64,000 bases of DNA, taken from the NCBI RefSeq assembly GCF_046052825.1, contig NZ_JAVLFP010000060.1, positions 87,355 to 151,354 on the forward strand, read 5' to 3'. Both the position numbers and the translations under genes were made by a program. This document shows positions 19,141 through 28,843 of the stretch, in pieces. Each line of letters starts with the position of its first letter. Within the stretch, counting starts at the first letter, position 1. Source of the stretch: Limnohabitans sp. Its GTDB lineage: Bacteria; Pseudomonadota; Gammaproteobacteria; Burkholderiales; Burkholderiaceae_C. The notes beneath the pieces are model-generated. The model searched no databases. It was not told where the DNA came from and saw only the letters and a program-made list of their open reading frames with translations.

Positions 19141-21048
19141 ATGGTTCAGATTACTCTCCCCGACGGTTCGCAGCGTGAATTTCCCGGCCCAGTGAGCGTG
19201 GCCGAAGTGGCGGCTTCCATAGGCGCAGGCTTGGCCAAAGCCGCCCTGGCTGGCAAGGTGGATGGCCAAGTGGTCGACACCAGCTACACCCTGCATGCCA
19301 ATGCGAGTTTGGCCATCATCACCGCCAAAGATGCAGAAGGGTTGGAGGTGATCCGTCACTCCACCGCCCACTTGCTGGCCTATGCGGTCAAAGAATTGTT
19401 CCCTCAAGCGCAAGTCACCATCGGGCCTGTGATCGAGAACGGCTTTTTTTACGATTTCTCTTACAGCCGCAGCTTCACCCCAGAAGACCTGGCCGCGATT
19501 GAAAAGCGCATGGCCGAGTTGGTCAACAAAGACGAACCCGTTGTGCGTCGTGTCTTGCCACGCGATGAGGCCGTTGCTTACTTCAAGGGGTTGGGGGAGC
19601 ACTATAAAGCGGAGATCATCGCGAGCATCCCTTCCAATGAAGATGTGAGCTTGTACCGCGAAGGCAATTTCGAAGACCTTTGCCGAGGCCCTCATGTGCC
19701 AAGCACGGGCAAGCTCAAGCACTTCAAGCTGATGAAGGTGGCCGGCGCCTACTGGCGAGGTGACCACCGCAACGAAATGTTGCAACGCATTTATGGCACG
19801 GCTTGGGCCAGCAAAGACGATTTGCAGCAATACCTTGTTCGGTTGGAAGAAGCAGAAAAACGCGACCATCGAAAACTGGGACGCGAGTTGGATTTGTTCC
19901 ACATCGATGAGCACTCTCCAGGTACCGTGTTTTGGCATCCCAAAGGATGGACCGTGTGGCAAGAGGTCGAGCAGTACATGCGTCGTGTGTATCGCGACAA
20001 CGGCTATCTCGAGGTCAAAGGCCCGCAAATTTTGGATCAGAGCTTGTGGGAGAAAACCGGGCATTGGGACAAATACCGCGACAACATGTTTGTCACCGAG
20101 TCTGAGAAGCGTGACTACGCACTCAAGCCCATGAATTGTCCGGGTCACATCATCATCTTTAAGCAAGGTATCAAGAGCTATCGCGATTTACCATTGCGCT
20201 TTGGTGAGTTTGGTCAATGCCACCGCAACGAGCCCAGTGGCGGCTTACACGGGATCATGCGGGTGCGGGCCTTCACCCAAGACGATGGCCATATTTTTTG
20301 CACAGAGGATCAGATCCAAGCAGAAGTTGTGGCCTTCACCACCTTATTGCAAAAGGTCTACCGAGACTTTGGCTTCACAGACATCATTTACAAACTCTCC
20401 ACGCGCCCAGAAAAGCGCATTGGCACCGAAGAGAGTTGGGACCGCGCAGAGGCTGCCTTGGCAGATGGCCTGCGTGCTTCAGGTTGTGCGTTTTCTTATT
20501 TGCCAGGCGAGGGCGCGTTTTACGGCCCCAAGATTGAATACACGCTGAAGGATGCCATTGGTCGTGAGTGGCAATGCGGCACGATCCAAGTGGATCCCAA
20601 TTTGCCTGAGCGCTTGGATGCCGAGTTTGTGGGAGAAGATGGCACCCGCCACCGTCCCATCATGCTGCACCGAGCCATCGTGGGGAGCTTGGAGCGTTTC
20701 ATCGGGATTCTGATCGAACAGCACGCGGGGGCCTTGCCCACTTGGTTGGCTCCGGTGCAAGTTTCTGTGCTCAATATCACCGATTCGCAGGCTGAATATG
20801 CGCAAGAAGTTGCGAAAACGCTGCGAAATCAAGGGCTTAGGGTTGATTTAGACCTGCGCAACGAGAAAATCACGTATAAAATACGTGAGCATTCGATGCA
20901 AAAGCTTCCCTACATCTTGGTCGTAGGCGACAAAGAGAAGGAAGCAGGCGCCGTCGCAGTGCGCGCCCGAGGCAACCAAGACCTCGGTGTGATGTCTCTT
21001 CAAGCGTTCTCTGAAAAGATTGCCTCTGACATCGCTCTCAAACGCTGA
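19141..21048 (+). CDS. thrS: threonine--tRNA ligase
   Basis: 635 aa with N-terminal TGS domain ([10 protein letters not shown]) and class-II core [30 protein letters not shown]. Confidence 0.95.
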   Translation: MVQITLPDGSQREFPGPVSVAEVAASIGAGLAKAALAGKVDGQVVDTSYTLHANASLAIITAKDAEGLEVIRHSTAHLLAYAVKELFPQAQVTIGPVIENGFFYDFSYSRSFTPEDLAAIEKRMAELVNKDEPVVRRVLPRDEAVAYFKGLGEHYKAEIIASIPSNEDVSLYREGNFEDLCRGPHVPSTGKLKHFKLMKVAGAYWRGDHRNEMLQRIYGTAWASKDDLQQYLVRLEEAEKRDHRKLGRELDLFHIDEHSPGTVFWHPKGWTVWQEVEQYMRRVYRDNGYLEVKGPQILDQSLWEKTGHWDKYRDNMFVTESEKRDYALKPMNCPGHIIIFKQGIKSYRDLPLRFGEFGQCHRNEPSGGLHGIMRVRAFTQDDGHIFCTEDQIQAEVVAFTTLLQKVYRDFGFTDIIYKLSTRPEKRIGTEESWDRAEAALADGLRASGCAFSYLPGEGAFYGPKIEYTLKDAIGREWQCGTIQVDPNLPERLDAEFVGEDGTRHRPIMLHRAIVGSLERFIGILIEQHAGALPTWLAPVQVSVLNITDSQAEYAQEVAKTLRNQGLRVDLDLRNEKITYKIREHSMQKLPYILVVGDKEKEAGAVAVRARGNQDLGVMSLQAFSEKIASDIALKR

Positions 21049-21124
21049 TTTCTCCTAGAAATTGCCAAGAGTTGTGCGTCGCACACGTGTGTCGGCTTGT
21101 TTTTGATTTTTAAGGATAGTCACC

Positions 21125-21724
21125 ATCGCTACAGAATTTCGCGACCGCCGCCAGCGCGAGGAACGCAAACACCGCCTTAACCGGGAAATCATGGCCCCGG
21201 AAGTCCGTCTCTCCGGTCCTGATAACGAGCCATTGGGCATTGTGAGCTTGGCTGAAGCCTTGCGCATGGCCGGTGAGATCGATGTGGATTTGGTTGAAAT
21301 TGCTGCCACAGCAGTTCCACCCGTCTGCAGATTGATGGATTACGGCAAGTTCAAGTACCAAGAGCAAAAGAAGGCGGCGGAAGCCAAGTCCAAGCAAAAG
21401 GTCATCGAGGTCAAGGAAATCAAATTCCGGCCCGGTACCGACGATGGTGACTACAACATCAAGATGCGCAACATCAAGCGTTTCTTGGATGATGGTGATA
21501 AATGCAAGATCACGTTGCGCTTTCGGGGCCGCGAGATCACGCACCAAGAAATCGGCATGGCGCTGTTGCAGCGCATCCGTGATGAGTTGGCGGATCTGAT
21601 CGTGGTTGAACAGTTCCCCAAGCTCGAAGGGCGTCAGATGATCATGATGATCGCGCCAGGCAAGAGGAAATCGGGTGGCGCCGCCAAACCCGCCGCAGAG
21701 GCTGCTTCGGCAGAGACTGCGTAA
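21125..21724 (+). CDS. infC: translation initiation factor IF-3, with probable non-AUG (ATC) start
   Basis: The IF-3 core includes [17 protein letters not shown] and [14 protein letters not shown]. The frame is open back to TGA 21104-21106. ATC 21125 lies 8 nt after AAGGA and restores the basic N-terminal segment [22 protein letters not shown]. The first ATG (21191) would truncate that segment. Confidence 0.8.
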   Translation: MATEFRDRRQREERKHRLNREIMAPEVRLSGPDNEPLGIVSLAEALRMAGEIDVDLVEIAATAVPPVCRLMDYGKFKYQEQKKAAEAKSKQKVIEVKEIKFRPGTDDGDYNIKMRNIKRFLDDGDKCKITLRFRGREITHQEIGMALLQRIRDELADLIVVEQFPKLEGRQMIMMIAPGKRKSGGAAKPAAEAASAETA

Positions 21725-21811
21725 ATTGGTGGCGAATTAGTGTCTCGGGGCTAACAAGACTGCGCATCGGTGCGTAGGCGCCTCACGAGCACAAATAAAA
21801 GGAGCATTCAT

Positions 21812-22015
21812 ATGCCCAAAATGAAGACCAAAAGCAGCGCTAAAAAGCGCTTTCGCGTTCGTCCAGGTGGCACCGTCAAGCGCGGTCAAGCCTTCAAGCG
21901 TCACATCCTGACCAAGAAGACCACCAAAAACAAGCGTCACCTCCGCGGTTCAGTGGCTGTGCATGAGACCAACATGGGTCACATGGCACAAATGCTGCCA
22001 AAGACTGGCCTGTAA
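21812..22015 (+). CDS. rpmI: 50S ribosomal protein L35
   Basis: [15 protein letters not shown]-terminus. ATG 21812 follows AAGGAG. The ORF-track start at 21770 is an upstream extension. Confidence 0.9.
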   Translation: MPKMKTKSSAKKRFRVRPGGTVKRGQAFKRHILTKKTTKNKRHLRGSVAVHETNMGHMAQMLPKTGL

Positions 22016-22041
22016 TTAACTGACGAACAAGGAGAAAAAAT

Positions 22042-22401
22042 ATGCCTCGCGTTAAACGTGGTGTCACGGCCCGTGCCCGTCACAAAAAAGTTCTGGCTTT
22101 AGCCAAAGGTTTCCGCGGCCGCCGCGGTAATGTCTTCCGCATCGCTAAACAAGCGGTGATGAAGGCGGGTCAATACGCCTACCGTGACCGCCGCACCAAA
22201 AAGCGTGTGTTCCGCCAGTTGTGGATTGCCCGTATCAACGCCGCTGCACGTCAGTGTGGTTTGACCTACAGCCAGTTTGCCAACGGCCTGAAAAAGGCAG
22301 CGATCGAAATCGACCGCAAGATGCTGGCCGATTTGGCGGTGCACGACATGGCTGCATTCAGTCACATCGTGGACCAAGTCAAAGCCAAGCTGGCCGCTTG
22401 A
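22042..22401 (+). CDS. rplT: 50S ribosomal protein L20
   Basis: 119 aa with [16 protein letters not shown]. Confidence 0.95.
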   Translation: MPRVKRGVTARARHKKVLALAKGFRGRRGNVFRIAKQAVMKAGQYAYRDRRTKKRVFRQLWIARINAAARQCGLTYSQFANGLKKAAIEIDRKMLADLAVHDMAAFSHIVDQVKAKLAA

Positions 22402-22462
22402 TGCCCGCTGAGGTCACGTTGCGGCTGCGCGCTATCGCAACACCGTAACGTACCCACCAGCC

Positions 22463-22500
22463 AAGGGATTGAAGCTGCAACCAGCTTCAATCCCTTTTTT
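22463..22500 (+). terminator. strong intrinsic terminator between rplT and pheS
   Basis: Perfect 15-bp stem aagggattgaagctg / cagcttcaatccctt with loop caac, followed by a T-run. Confidence 0.75.
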
Positions 22501-22521
22501 GTTTCTTACTTCCGAATTCCT

Positions 22522-23574
22522 ATGAACGAGTTGGACACTTTGGTCACCAGCGCGCAGGCCTTGTTTGCACAAAGCGCCACCCCAGCTGATCTTGAAAATG
22601 CCAAGGCCCAGTTTTTGGGCAAGTCTGGTCGCATCACCGAGTTGATGAAGGGCATGGCTGCATTGAGCGTGGAAGAAAAAAAATCACGTGGTGCAGTCAT
22701 CAACGTGGCCAAGCAAGCGATCGAAGCGGCCTTGACTGCTCGTCGCCAAGCTTTGGCCGATGCCGAACTGGAGACGCAACTCAAAGCCGAAGCACTGGAC
22801 GTCACTCTGCCTGGGCGTTCACGCATGAGCGGCGGTTTGCACCCCGTGTCATTGACGCTGGAGCGGATCGAAGCCATCTTTGGCTCCATGGGTTTTGATG
22901 TGGCCCAGGGCCCTGAGATCGAGACCGATTGGTTCAACTTCACAGCGCTGAACACGCCACAAGATCACCCCGCGCGCTCCATGCACGACACCTTCTACTT
23001 GGAAGGTGGCAGCCCAGACGCGCCCAACTTGTTGCGCACTCACACCAGCCCCATGCAAATTCGCCATGCGGTGCAACATGTCAAGCGCCACCAATCTTTG
23101 CTCGATGCAGGGCAACAAATGCCTGAGATCCGTGTCATCGCACCAGGCCGAACTTACCGCGTCGACAGCGATGCCACCCATTCACCCATGTTCCACCAAT
23201 GCGAAGGCCTGTGGGTGGGTGAGAACGTGAGTTTCAAAGACCTCAAGGTTGTCTTCACTGACTTCTACCGAACCTTTTTCGAAACCGACGACTTGGTGTT
23301 GCGTTTCCGTCCCAGCTTTTTCCCATTCACCGAACCCAGCGCCGAGGTTGACATTCAATTTTCAAGCGGACCATTGGCTGGGCGCTGGTTGGAAGTGGCA
23401 GGTTCTGGCGAAGTGCACCCCAACGTCATTCGCAACATGGGCCTCGATCCCGAGCGCTACATTGGCTTTGCCTTTGGTATGGGGACCGACCGCTTGACCA
23501 TGCTGCGTTATGGCGTCAGCGACTTACGTCTCTTCTTTGACGGCGACATTCGCTTTTTGAGCCAGTTCCAGTAA
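22522..23574 (+). CDS. pheS: phenylalanine--tRNA ligase alpha subunit
   Basis: 350 aa with class-II motifs, including [16 protein letters not shown] and [14 protein letters not shown]. Confidence 0.95.
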   Translation: MNELDTLVTSAQALFAQSATPADLENAKAQFLGKSGRITELMKGMAALSVEEKKSRGAVINVAKQAIEAALTARRQALADAELETQLKAEALDVTLPGRSRMSGGLHPVSLTLERIEAIFGSMGFDVAQGPEIETDWFNFTALNTPQDHPARSMHDTFYLEGGSPDAPNLLRTHTSPMQIRHAVQHVKRHQSLLDAGQQMPEIRVIAPGRTYRVDSDATHSPMFHQCEGLWVGENVSFKDLKVVFTDFYRTFFETDDLVLRFRPSFFPFTEPSAEVDIQFSSGPLAGRWLEVAGSGEVHPNVIRNMGLDPERYIGFAFGMGTDRLTMLRYGVSDLRLFFDGDIRFLSQFQ

Positions 23575-23599
23575 TTCGCCCACCGATACGAGATTCAAC

Positions 23600-26026
23600 A
23601 TGCAATTCCCCGAGTCCTGGTTGCGCGAATTCTGCAACCCCCCCCTGAATACCCAAGAGCTGGCCGATACCTTGACCATGGCCGGTCTAGAGGTTGAAGA
23701 ACTTCAAACGGTCGCACCGCCTTTCACCGGCATCGTGGTGGGCGAAATCAAAGAAGCTGTCCAGCACCCTGACGCCGATCGCTTGCGTGTGTGCCAGGTG
23801 GACATTGGGCAGGGTAGCTTGCTCAACATCGTCTGTGGCGCACCCAATGCCCGCGTTGGCATCAAAATTCCGTGCGCCACAGTAGGGGCTGAGTTGCCAC
23901 CAGGCGAGGATGGCAAACCTTTCAAAATCAAAGTGGGCAAACTGCGCGGCGTGGAAAGCCAAGGCATGTTGTGCTCCGCCAAAGAACTCAAAATTGCCGA
24001 TGACCATGGTGGATTGTTGGAGTTGCCCGCCGATGCGCCATTGGGCCAAAACATCCGCCAATACCTGCAACTCGACGACACCTTGCTCACCTTGAAGCTC
24101 ACGCCTAACTTGGCGCATTGCTTGAGCGTCTATGGCATCGCACGTGAACTCTCCGCCTTGACCGGTGCGCCTCTCAAAGCGCAAAGCATCCCAGCGGTAC
24201 CGACCAGCAACAAAGACCAACTCGCGGTCAAGATCAGTGCGCCTGATCTGTGTGGCCGCTTCTCGGGTCGTGTGGTGCGCGGCGTCAACACGCAAGCCCA
24301 AACGCCTGCTTGGATGGTTGACCGATTGGCGCGTTGCGGTCAACGCAGTGTCAGCCCCTTGGTCGACATTTCGAACTATGTGATGTTCGAACTTGGCCGC
24401 CCCTCACACATGTTTGACCTTGACAAAATTCATGGTGGCTTGGACGTGCGTTGGGGTCAGACGGGCGAGTCGCTCAAACTCTTGAACGGCCAGACCGTCT
24501 CGGTGGATGACAAAGTCGGCGTCATTGCCGATGACACCCAAGTCGAATCGCTCGCAGGCATCATGGGGGGCGACGCCACCGCCGTGAGTGACAGCACGCA
24601 AAACATCTACATCGAGGCCGCCTTCTGGTGGCCCTCGGCCATCACGGGCCGTTCACGTCGCTTCAACTTCAGCACCGATGCAGGACATCGCTTTGAGCGC
24701 GGTGTAGACCCTCAGTTGACGGTTGAGCACATCGAGCGCATCACCCAGTTGGTGATCGATATCTGTGGCACGCCACAGACCACCGTGGGCCCTGTCGTCG
24801 ACCAGCAGGTCAATATGCCGCAGGAAAAATCGGTCACGCTGCGCGTGGCCCGCGCGGCCAAAGTCATCGGCATGCCCTTGACACAACAGCGTGTGGTCGA
24901 AGCTTTGCGCGGATTGGGCTTGTCCGTGGCAGAAGGCGTTGGCACCGTCACCGTGCAAGCACCGTCTTACCGTTTTGACTTGCAGATCGAAGAAGACCTG
25001 ATCGAAGAAGTCGCGCGCATGGTGGGTTACAACAACTTACCCACCACACCGCCGCTGGCCCCTGTGACGGCCAAGGTTCGTTTGGAGTCTCAGCGCAGTC
25101 CTCATGCTGTGCGCCGTCAATTGGCAGCTTTGGGCTACCAAGAAACCATCAACTTCAGTTTTGTCGAAGAGCGCTGGGAACATGAACTTGCTGGCAATCC
25201 CAGCCCGATCAAACTGCTCAACCCCATCGCCAGCCAGATGAGCGTGATGCGTTCTTCGCTGCTGGGCTCCTTGCTCAACGTCGTCAAGTTCAACGTGGAC
25301 CGCAAGGCCAGCCGCGTGCGCGTGTTCGAACTCGGTCGCGTGTTCAACAAAGATCCGTCCGTCAAAGACACCGACACCACCGTAGAGGGGTTTGATCAAC
25401 CCATGCATGTGGCTGGCATGGTGTTTGGCGGCGCGGCTCCTGCGCAATGGGGCAGCAAAGAGCAGGGCATTGATTTCTTTGACGTCAAAGCCGATGTGCA
25501 AGCTTTGCTGGCACCTGCGCAGCCCAGTTTTGAGGCTTCAGACCATCCGGCCATGCACCCTGGGCGTTGTGCCAAGGTGCTGCTCCACGGTGCGGTCATC
25601 GGCCATGTGGGGGAGTTGCACCCGCGTTGGCGACAAAGCTGGGACTTGGCACAAGCCCCTGTGATGTTCGAACTTCAACTTGACGCCGTGTTGCAACGAC
25701 AAGTGCCAGTGTCTCAGCCTGTCGCAAGATTTCCAGCGGTGGAACGCGACATTGCGGTGATCGTGAAAGAGAGCGTCACGCATGCGGCCTTGATGGCTGC
25801 CGTGCATGCCGCCCCAACCCATGGCTTGCTGCGTCAAGCGGTCTTGTTTGATGTGTACCGCCCCAAGACTGACAACGCGGGCATGGCTTTGGACGAGAAA
25901 AGCTTGGCCGTGCGCTTGACGCTCAACAGCGACGAAGCCACGCTGAACGAAGCGCAAATTGAAGGCGTGGTTCAAGCTGTGGTCGCACAGTTGACCCAAC
26001 AACTGGCCGCGCGCCTTCGTGCGTGA
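23600..26026 (+). CDS. pheT: phenylalanine--tRNA ligase beta subunit
   Basis: 808 aa with an N-terminal tRNA-binding (OB) domain, then B3/4, B5 and C-terminal FDX-ACB-like regions in the usual order. Confidence 0.95.
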   Translation: MQFPESWLREFCNPPLNTQELADTLTMAGLEVEELQTVAPPFTGIVVGEIKEAVQHPDADRLRVCQVDIGQGSLLNIVCGAPNARVGIKIPCATVGAELPPGEDGKPFKIKVGKLRGVESQGMLCSAKELKIADDHGGLLELPADAPLGQNIRQYLQLDDTLLTLKLTPNLAHCLSVYGIARELSALTGAPLKAQSIPAVPTSNKDQLAVKISAPDLCGRFSGRVVRGVNTQAQTPAWMVDRLARCGQRSVSPLVDISNYVMFELGRPSHMFDLDKIHGGLDVRWGQTGESLKLLNGQTVSVDDKVGVIADDTQVESLAGIMGGDATAVSDSTQNIYIEAAFWWPSAITGRSRRFNFSTDAGHRFERGVDPQLTVEHIERITQLVIDICGTPQTTVGPVVDQQVNMPQEKSVTLRVARAAKVIGMPLTQQRVVEALRGLGLSVAEGVGTVTVQAPSYRFDLQIEEDLIEEVARMVGYNNLPTTPPLAPVTAKVRLESQRSPHAVRRQLAALGYQETINFSFVEERWEHELAGNPSPIKLLNPIASQMSVMRSSLLGSLLNVVKFNVDRKASRVRVFELGRVFNKDPSVKDTDTTVEGFDQPMHVAGMVFGGAAPAQWGSKEQGIDFFDVKADVQALLAPAQPSFEASDHPAMHPGRCAKVLLHGAVIGHVGELHPRWRQSWDLAQAPVMFELQLDAVLQRQVPVSQPVARFPAVERDIAVIVKESVTHAALMAAVHAAPTHGLLRQAVLFDVYRPKTDNAGMALDEKSLAVRLTLNSDEATLNEAQIEGVVQAVVAQLTQQLAARLRA

Positions 26027-26053
26027 TGGTTCACGATTTAAAGTAAGACCCTT

Positions 26054-26389
26054 ATGGAACTTTCCTTCGAGAGCCTCGAAACGCCCGCGTTGACCAAAGC
26101 CCAATTGGCCGAATTGTTGTTTGAGCAAATTGGTCTGAACAAGCGTGAGTCCAAAGACATGATCGACGCCTTTTTCGATCTCATTGCACAAAGTTTGGTT
26201 GAGGGCACGGACGTCAAAATCTCAAGCTTTGGCAACTTTCAGATTCGTACCAAGGCACCACGTCCTGGTCGAAACCCTCGCACGGGTGAAGCCATACCCA
26301 TCGAGGCGCGTCGTGCGGTGACGTTTCACGCCAGCCACAAGCTCAAAGAACAAATTCAAGGTGACTCTCCTGCGAAAGTAGACCTCTGA
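26054..26389 (+). CDS. ihfA: integration host factor alpha subunit
   Basis: 111 aa with an HU/IHF fold and arm motif FGNFQIRTKAPRPGRNPRTGE. Confidence 0.9.
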   Translation: MELSFESLETPALTKAQLAELLFEQIGLNKRESKDMIDAFFDLIAQSLVEGTDVKISSFGNFQIRTKAPRPGRNPRTGEAIPIEARRAVTFHASHKLKEQIQGDSPAKVDL

Positions 26390-26420
26390 CTGACAACGAA
26401 TGTCGGTCATTTACTTTTTT
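26387..26420 (+). terminator. intrinsic terminator after ihfA
   Basis: Stem tgactgaca / tgtcggtca (one G-U pair) with loop acgaa, followed by tttactttttt. Confidence 0.5.
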
Positions 26421-26500
26421 GCTTGGAAAACGAAAAAATAGGGGCAGCGAAGCCATTCTTCGTGTAACCTCTGCGCTCCCGTTTACAAGCCCCTGATTTC

Positions 26501-26965
26501 ATGGAGAAATCCCTCCTTCCTTCCATACCAGCCAAACGCTACTTCACCATCGGTGAAGTGAGCGACTTGTGCGGCGTCAAGCCGCACGTGCTGCGCTATT
26601 GGGAGCAGGAATTCACGCAACTGCGCCCCATGAAGCGACGTGGCAATCGCCGCTATTACCAGCACCATGAAGTGCTGATGATTCGCCGCATTCGCGACCT
26701 CTTGTACGACCAAGGCTTCACCATCAGTGGTGCGCGCAACAAGTTACAAGAGTTGGTGCAATCCGAGCGCGAGCGTCGTCGTGCCACCCTGGACCTGTTG
26801 GATGGGGCGGATGCCATGGACGACGGGATCGACCTCGGCGATGCTGATCAAGAAGTCACACCAGACTGGGTGACCGAATTTGAATTTCGTGCCACCGATG
26901 AGGGCATGCAAGTGCTTCGCAAAGAGTTGGTGCAAATTCGCGATCTTCTTTCAGAGACGGTCTGA
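26501..26965 (+). CDS. MerR-family transcriptional regulator
   Basis: 154 aa with N-terminal HTH YFTIGEVSDLCGVKPHVLRYWEQEF. Confidence 0.8.
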   Translation: MEKSLLPSIPAKRYFTIGEVSDLCGVKPHVLRYWEQEFTQLRPMKRRGNRRYYQHHEVLMIRRIRDLLYDQGFTISGARNKLQELVQSERERRRATLDLLDGADAMDDGIDLGDADQEVTPDWVTEFEFRATDEGMQVLRKELVQIRDLLSETV

Positions 26966-26987
26966 GTCACGGTATACTAGTTGTCTT

Positions 26988-27064
26988 CGGCGTGTAGCGC
27001 AGCCTGGTAGCGCACTTGCATGGGGTGCAAGGGGTCGCGAGTTCGAATCCCGCCACGCCGACCA
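26988..27064 (+). tRNA. tRNA-Pro (anticodon GGG)
   Basis: A 77-nt cloverleaf folded by hand: 7-bp acceptor stem CGGCGTG/CACGCCG, D arm GCGC-AGCCTGGTA-GCGC, anticodon arm CTTGC-ATGGGGT-GCAAG and T loop TTCGAAT, with an encoded CCA. The T stem has one A-C mismatch (GCGAG/CCCGC). Confidence 0.9.
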
Positions 27065-27072
27065 GAAATGAC

Positions 27073-27107
27073 AAGGGTTAGTAGATGATGTCTACTAACC
27101 CTTTTGT
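27073..27107 (+). terminator. intrinsic terminator after tRNA-Pro
   Basis: Perfect 13-bp stem aagggttagtaga / tctactaaccctt with loop tgatg, followed by a T-rich tail. The outer arms gaaatgacaa / ttgtcatttc extend the palindrome. Confidence 0.7.
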
Positions 27108-27158
27108 CTTTGTCATTTCTCTTCGTGTGTCGATCCCGTTGATCCAAGGAGCATTGTG

Positions 27159-28133
27159 ATGCGTGCTTTGCGTTGTAACCATTTCGGTCCCCCCAGTGAG
27201 TTGCGTGTGGAGGAGGTGCCGGACTTGGTGCCAGGTCCCGGTGAGGTGCTGATCGAGGTCAAAGCCGCAGGCATCAACTTTCCCGATGCATTGATCATTC
27301 AAAACAAATACCAGATGAAGCCGCCCTTGCCCTTCACGCCCGGTGGCGAGTTGGCTGGCGTGGTGCGCATGGCAGGGCAGGGCGCAGATCCCGCATGGGT
27401 CGGTCAGTCGGTGATCGCCTTCACGGCTTGGGGGGCGTTCGCGCAACAAGCGGTGGTGTCGCAGGACCGCTTGATGCCCATGCCAGAGGGCATGTCCTAT
27501 GACATGGCAGGCGCTTTCTTGATGACTTATGGCACCTGTTACCACGCCTTGAAAGACCGAGGCCAATTGCGCCCAGGTGAAACGGTGTTGGTGTTGGGTG
27601 CCTCGGGGGGCATTGGTTTGGCCGCGATTGAAATAGCCAAAGCCATGGGCGCGCGCGTGATTGCAGCCGCCTCGTCCGAGGAAAAACTAGAGATGTGTCG
27701 CCAACATGGGGCGGATGAACTGATCAATTACGCGACGCAGGATTTGCGCGAACGACTCAAAGTCCTCACACAAGGACAGGGCGTCGACGTGGTGTGTGAC
27801 CCAGTCGGTGGCGCCTACACCGAACCCTCATTGCGCAGCATGGCTTGGCGAGGGCGTTATTTGGTGGTGGGTTTCGCCAATGGCGACATCCCTCGCATTC
27901 CACTCAATCTGGTCTTGCTCAAAGGTTGCGCCTTGGTGGGTGTGTTTTGGGGCGACTACATCCGCCGTCAGCCCCTGGACAATGCGCGCGATCTGCAAGC
28001 GCTCAATGCCATGTACTTGGCTGGAGACATCAAACCTTGTGTGTCAGGCCTCTACACCTTGGAAGAGGCAGGTCTGGCGATTGAGCGTCTGGCCAACCGT
28101 CAAGTCAGCGGCAAATTGGTGGTGACACCCTGA
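27159..28133 (+). CDS. NADPH:quinone oxidoreductase (MDR / zeta-crystallin family)
   Basis: About 324 aa with nucleotide-binding VLGASGGIGLAAIEIAK. ATG 27159 lies 7 nt after AAGGAG. Confidence 0.85.
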   Translation: MRALRCNHFGPPSELRVEEVPDLVPGPGEVLIEVKAAGINFPDALIIQNKYQMKPPLPFTPGGELAGVVRMAGQGADPAWVGQSVIAFTAWGAFAQQAVVSQDRLMPMPEGMSYDMAGAFLMTYGTCYHALKDRGQLRPGETVLVLGASGGIGLAAIEIAKAMGARVIAAASSEEKLEMCRQHGADELINYATQDLRERLKVLTQGQGVDVVCDPVGGAYTEPSLRSMAWRGRYLVVGFANGDIPRIPLNLVLLKGCALVGVFWGDYIRRQPLDNARDLQALNAMYLAGDIKPCVSGLYTLEEAGLAIERLANRQVSGKLVVTP

Positions 28134-28199
28134 GTCGAACAGTGCGCAAGCACGGTCTCGTCATTCGCACACGCAAGGTGTTGACGCGAGTCCTTTGAA

Positions 28200-28664
28200 T
28201 CAGCGCGACACGCGGCTGGTGCCGCCCACGCCGCTCAACACACGCACTTGCTCGCCCACCAGGAATGCGCCTTCTTTCTCGTCGATCTCTTGAACGATGG
28301 CGATCTCTGTGCCGTTGTTCAACACAATGCTGATTTCTTGACCCTTAAGGGTGTTGAGTTTCTTATCGACCACGCTGCCCGCCATGCCGCCGATGACCAG
28401 GCCCACGATCGACGAAGCTGCCGATTGGTTAGAGCCAGCGCGGCCATTGTTGGAGCCTGCAATCCCGCCCAAGGCGCCGCCTGCCAGAGCGCCCACACCG
28501 CTGGGGTGAGCTGCCACGTCCACGTCCTTGACGGCGATCACTTTGCCACGCTGAACCGTTTGCGCTTGACGTGATTGACCCGCTGTGTAGGCGTTGCCAG
28601 TTTGCGTTTGGTTGGCACAACCGAACAGGCTCACAACAGCCAAAGTACAGATTATTTTTTTCAT
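28200..28664 (-). CDS. glycine-zipper outer-membrane lipoprotein (SlyB/Pcp-like)
   Basis: Signal peptide with lipobox LFGC (MKKIICTLAVVSLFGC) and glycine zippers GALAGGALGGIAGS and GLVIGGMAGS. Confidence 0.7.
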   Translation of the reverse strand: MKKIICTLAVVSLFGCANQTQTGNAYTAGQSRQAQTVQRGKVIAVKDVDVAAHPSGVGALAGGALGGIAGSNNGRAGSNQSAASSIVGLVIGGMAGSVVDKKLNTLKGQEISIVLNNGTEIAIVQEIDEKEGAFLVGEQVRVLSGVGGTSRVSR

Positions 28665-28843
28665 AAGGTCGCTCACCGTCAGTGTTCAAAACTCAAACTG
28701 TAAGGTATTTTTTGCAGGCGCTGGCAAGGTCGTCATGAAGGATCTGCTTTCGCGGTTTGTAAGCCCTTGGGGACGCTGCGTGCTTGAGCGGACTGAACAA
28801 TCAAGGCTTGTTTGATTCACCGCATCTCCATGCCACTTCGCCC

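Noticed and set aside
22401-22448. A pheM-type phenylalanine attenuator leader peptide upstream of pheS.
   Set aside because: The 15-codon ORF contains no Phe codon, so the classical E. coli mechanism does not apply. The terminator itself is retained as a feature.
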